A DNA stretch of 64,000 nucleotides from Chiloscyllium plagiosum (Eukaryota). Positions within the stretch are counted from its first letter, which is position 1, and every line of letters begins with the position of its first letter. Shown in pieces: positions 61,555 through 64,000 of this stretch. The stretch is from the NCBI RefSeq assembly GCF_004010195.1, contig NC_057751.1:5932502-5996501 (forward strand), in the 5' to 3' direction. The notes under the pieces were generated by a model. The model did no database searches. It saw only the letters and a program-made list of their open reading frames with translations, and was not told where the DNA came from. A program made the position numbers and the translations under genes.

Positions 61555-63410
61555 CTATAAGGTTTCGGAACAGATTTGGCTATTTGGTCTATCGAATCTG
61601 CTCCACCATTTGATCGTGGCTGATACGTCTGTCAACCCTATTGTTCTGATTTCTCCCTGTAACCCTTGATTCCCTTGCTCATGAAGAACCTATCTATTGA
61701 CACTCAATGACTTGGCCTCAGGAGTTCTGTGGCAGTGTGGTCCACAGATTCACCATCCTCTGGCTGAATAAATTCCTCCTAATCTCAGTTTGAAAGGATT
61801 GTTCCTTCACCCTGAAGGTGTACTATAAGATCCTACTCTTTTCTACTTATGAAAACATCTTCTCCATGTCCACTCAATCCAAGCCTTTGAGAACTGTGTA
61901 AGTTTCAGTGAGATTCCTGATCATCCTTCAAAATTCCATCAATTACAGACTCAGAGTCCTCAACTGCTCGTCATATGACAAGCCCCTCATTCACAGGACT
62001 ACTCTTGGAGCCCCTCCAAGGCCAGAACACATTTTCTAGATAGGGGACCCAAAACTGCTCAGAATATTCCAAATGCATTCTAACCAGAGCCTGATACAGC
62101 CTGAGCAGTATATTTCCGCTCTTGTATTCTTGAAATGAATGCTAATATTGCATTTGCTTTCCTAATTACCAACTGAACCTGCATGTTCATGTGATAGTAT
62201 TGTGTCTTTAAGAGGGATTTGTTCTCTGCTGTTCTTTTGCAGAGTGGTGTTATTAACCTGGAGCCAGAATGTCTGCCTCAGAAGTAGTAGATAAACGGCT
62301 TTCAGCTCCATGATTTAAAGAAAAAAATTACACACAAGAAGCTTGAGTGTGTGGAATCAGTCTCACACAGAGTTTCAGTTTTGCTTTCAGTTAAGGTTGG
62401 GGTTGAAGCTGCTGGCTACAGCTCTCTCTGCTGTAGCTAAAAAATTGACTGCTGCAAGTTGTTCATTTCAGTTTTCCTTTCTTCTGGACTGGTGACAGCA
62501 TGTGAGAAAATGTTTCCTTGAATTTTCCTTTGTCAAGGGCATGTTTTTGGGATGTTGCTTTCTTAGAACTGTTGATGATTTGCAGTTAAATAAAATATAT
62601 TGTTTTGTTAAATATATTGATAGAATTAAAGTTATGCCAATTTTTTTGTTTGTGTTTTAACTGTGTTGTAAGAATAAAGTGTGGGTTTGCTTAAAGCCTA
62701 GTAGGGAACCAATCGAATCACACCTGGGACATAGCGCCTTCCACTTGTCTTTAAATAAGATAAATTTAGGGTCTAGCCTATTTCCTTGATATATTTTGAG
62801 GGGTTTGGTCTGGTCTATAACAGTAACCTTAAGGGAATCCTGGACACATGCTCCTAAGTCCCTTTGTGCTCCAGATTTCTGAAGCCTTTCTGCATCTGAA
62901 AAAAAGAGTCTACATGTCTATTTTTTTTCTCCCAAAGTGCATAACCTCACAATTTCCCACATGGTATTCCAACTGCCACTTCTCTCCTAGCCTGTCTAAG
63001 TCCTTCTGCAAGTTCTTTAATACTACCTGCCCCTCCACCAATCCTTGTGTCATCTGCAAACTTAGCCACAGTGCCCTCAGTTCCTTTGTGCAGATGGTTA
63101 GTGTATAATGTGAATTGTGGTCCCAACACTGACCACTGCAGAACTCCACTAGTCACTGGCTACCTTTGTGATAAAGACTCCATTCTCCCTACTCTCTGCC
63201 TTCTGCCAGTCAGCCAATCCCTGTCCATGCTAGGATCTTGCCCCTAACATCATGGGCTCATCTTATTTAGCAGTCTCCTGTATGGCAACTTATCAAAGGC
63301 ACTCTGAAAACAAAAGAAAATCACATCCACTGGCTATCTTTTGTCTGACTTGATCCTCCTCAAAGAATTCCAACAAACTTCTTGGGCATGATGTTCTCTT
63401 GAAGAAACCA
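61555..63410 (-). mobile_element. CR1 LINE 3' part interrupted by a solo LTR
   Basis: TSGVLQWSVLGP, VAKFADDTRIGG, CEVMHFGRK; CR1 3' UTR at 61555-61700. Confidence 0.92.
62190..62822 (+). mobile_element. Solo LTR (633 bp), family 2
   Basis: TGTGATAG...CTATAACA termini; AATAAA near 62673; flanks ttca/gtaa fit a decayed TTAA TSD within the CR1 sequence gcatgttaacctt. Confidence 0.8.
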
Positions 63411-64000
63411 CTCAGGCATTCCTCACAGACTGCTTCACTGTAACACTGACACTCTTCCCAGTTATGACATTCTTGTCTACCACTATCAGATGATCTGTGT
63501 CAGCTCAAGACGAAGGCTTACCATTAGCTTCTAAAGGGCAGTAAGACATGGGCAACAAATGTTGGCCATGTTTGCAATACTTACATATCCCATGAAGGAA
63601 TAAAATAATCTGTTAATTTAGATGTTGCATTTTGATTTCAAATCCAAATTTTTGATAAGAATTGTGATTCATTGTGGAAAAACACTTGCCGCCTTTTGCC
63701 CCGTGACTATCCCTAACTTCTACTTTCTGTCAAGCGATCCATACTGCTCCATGTCACCTGACTCATCATATTTATTCATTAAGCTGTGATGTGTCATCTT
63801 ATTGGAAGCATTTTAAGAAGCTCCAAATGACTGAATGAAGTAACATGAAGTCTTGAATCAGGATTTTGGCTTTTGAAGTCCATGTTCACCATTCATTGTT
63901 AAATATTTGGTTTCTAGAGTTGTTATAATCTCTTCTTTCCTCACACTCATGCTTCATACATTATCTGTAATTCCCTGGGTTTGTTCTATTTTCCTTCTTA

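Larger units (their letters stand above)
60770..63606 (+). mobile_element. Second-family CR1-like LINE (RT end + tail), split by nested insertions
   Basis: VLGPTI..FIN and FADDCTVFS motifs at about 60770-60865; body to about 61548; tail resumes at about 63520-63606 (aacaaatgttggcc...cccatgaaggaataaaa). Confidence 0.7.

Overview
Repeat-dense, gene-poor vertebrate genomic DNA, almost certainly from an elasmobranch (shark or ray). This is inferred from HE1/V-SINEs, HER1-type CR1 LINEs and Deu-domain SINEs. I found no intact protein-coding gene, rRNA, tRNA or CRISPR array; every recognisable ORF in the track is a decayed CR1 reverse transcriptase/endonuclease or a Penelope GIY-YIG fragment. The window holds many truncated and nested CR1 LINEs, an L2 fragment, several SINE families, four solo LTRs (TG...CA), a Tc1/pogo-type MITE family, a degenerate ~68-bp minisatellite and one assembly gap. 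Several repeat-free, motif-rich blocks look like conserved enhancers. The most striking structure is a set of at least eight short Penelope-like (PLE) insertions from three sequence families. Each has a 9-18 bp target-site duplication (TSD), most are fold-back (head-to-head) hairpins with a one-sided ~25-35 nt tail, and all but the shortest carry a minimal type I hammerhead ribozyme motif whose stems co-vary between families. Repeat family names come from recognition by eye, not a database search, and boundaries of old elements are approximate.
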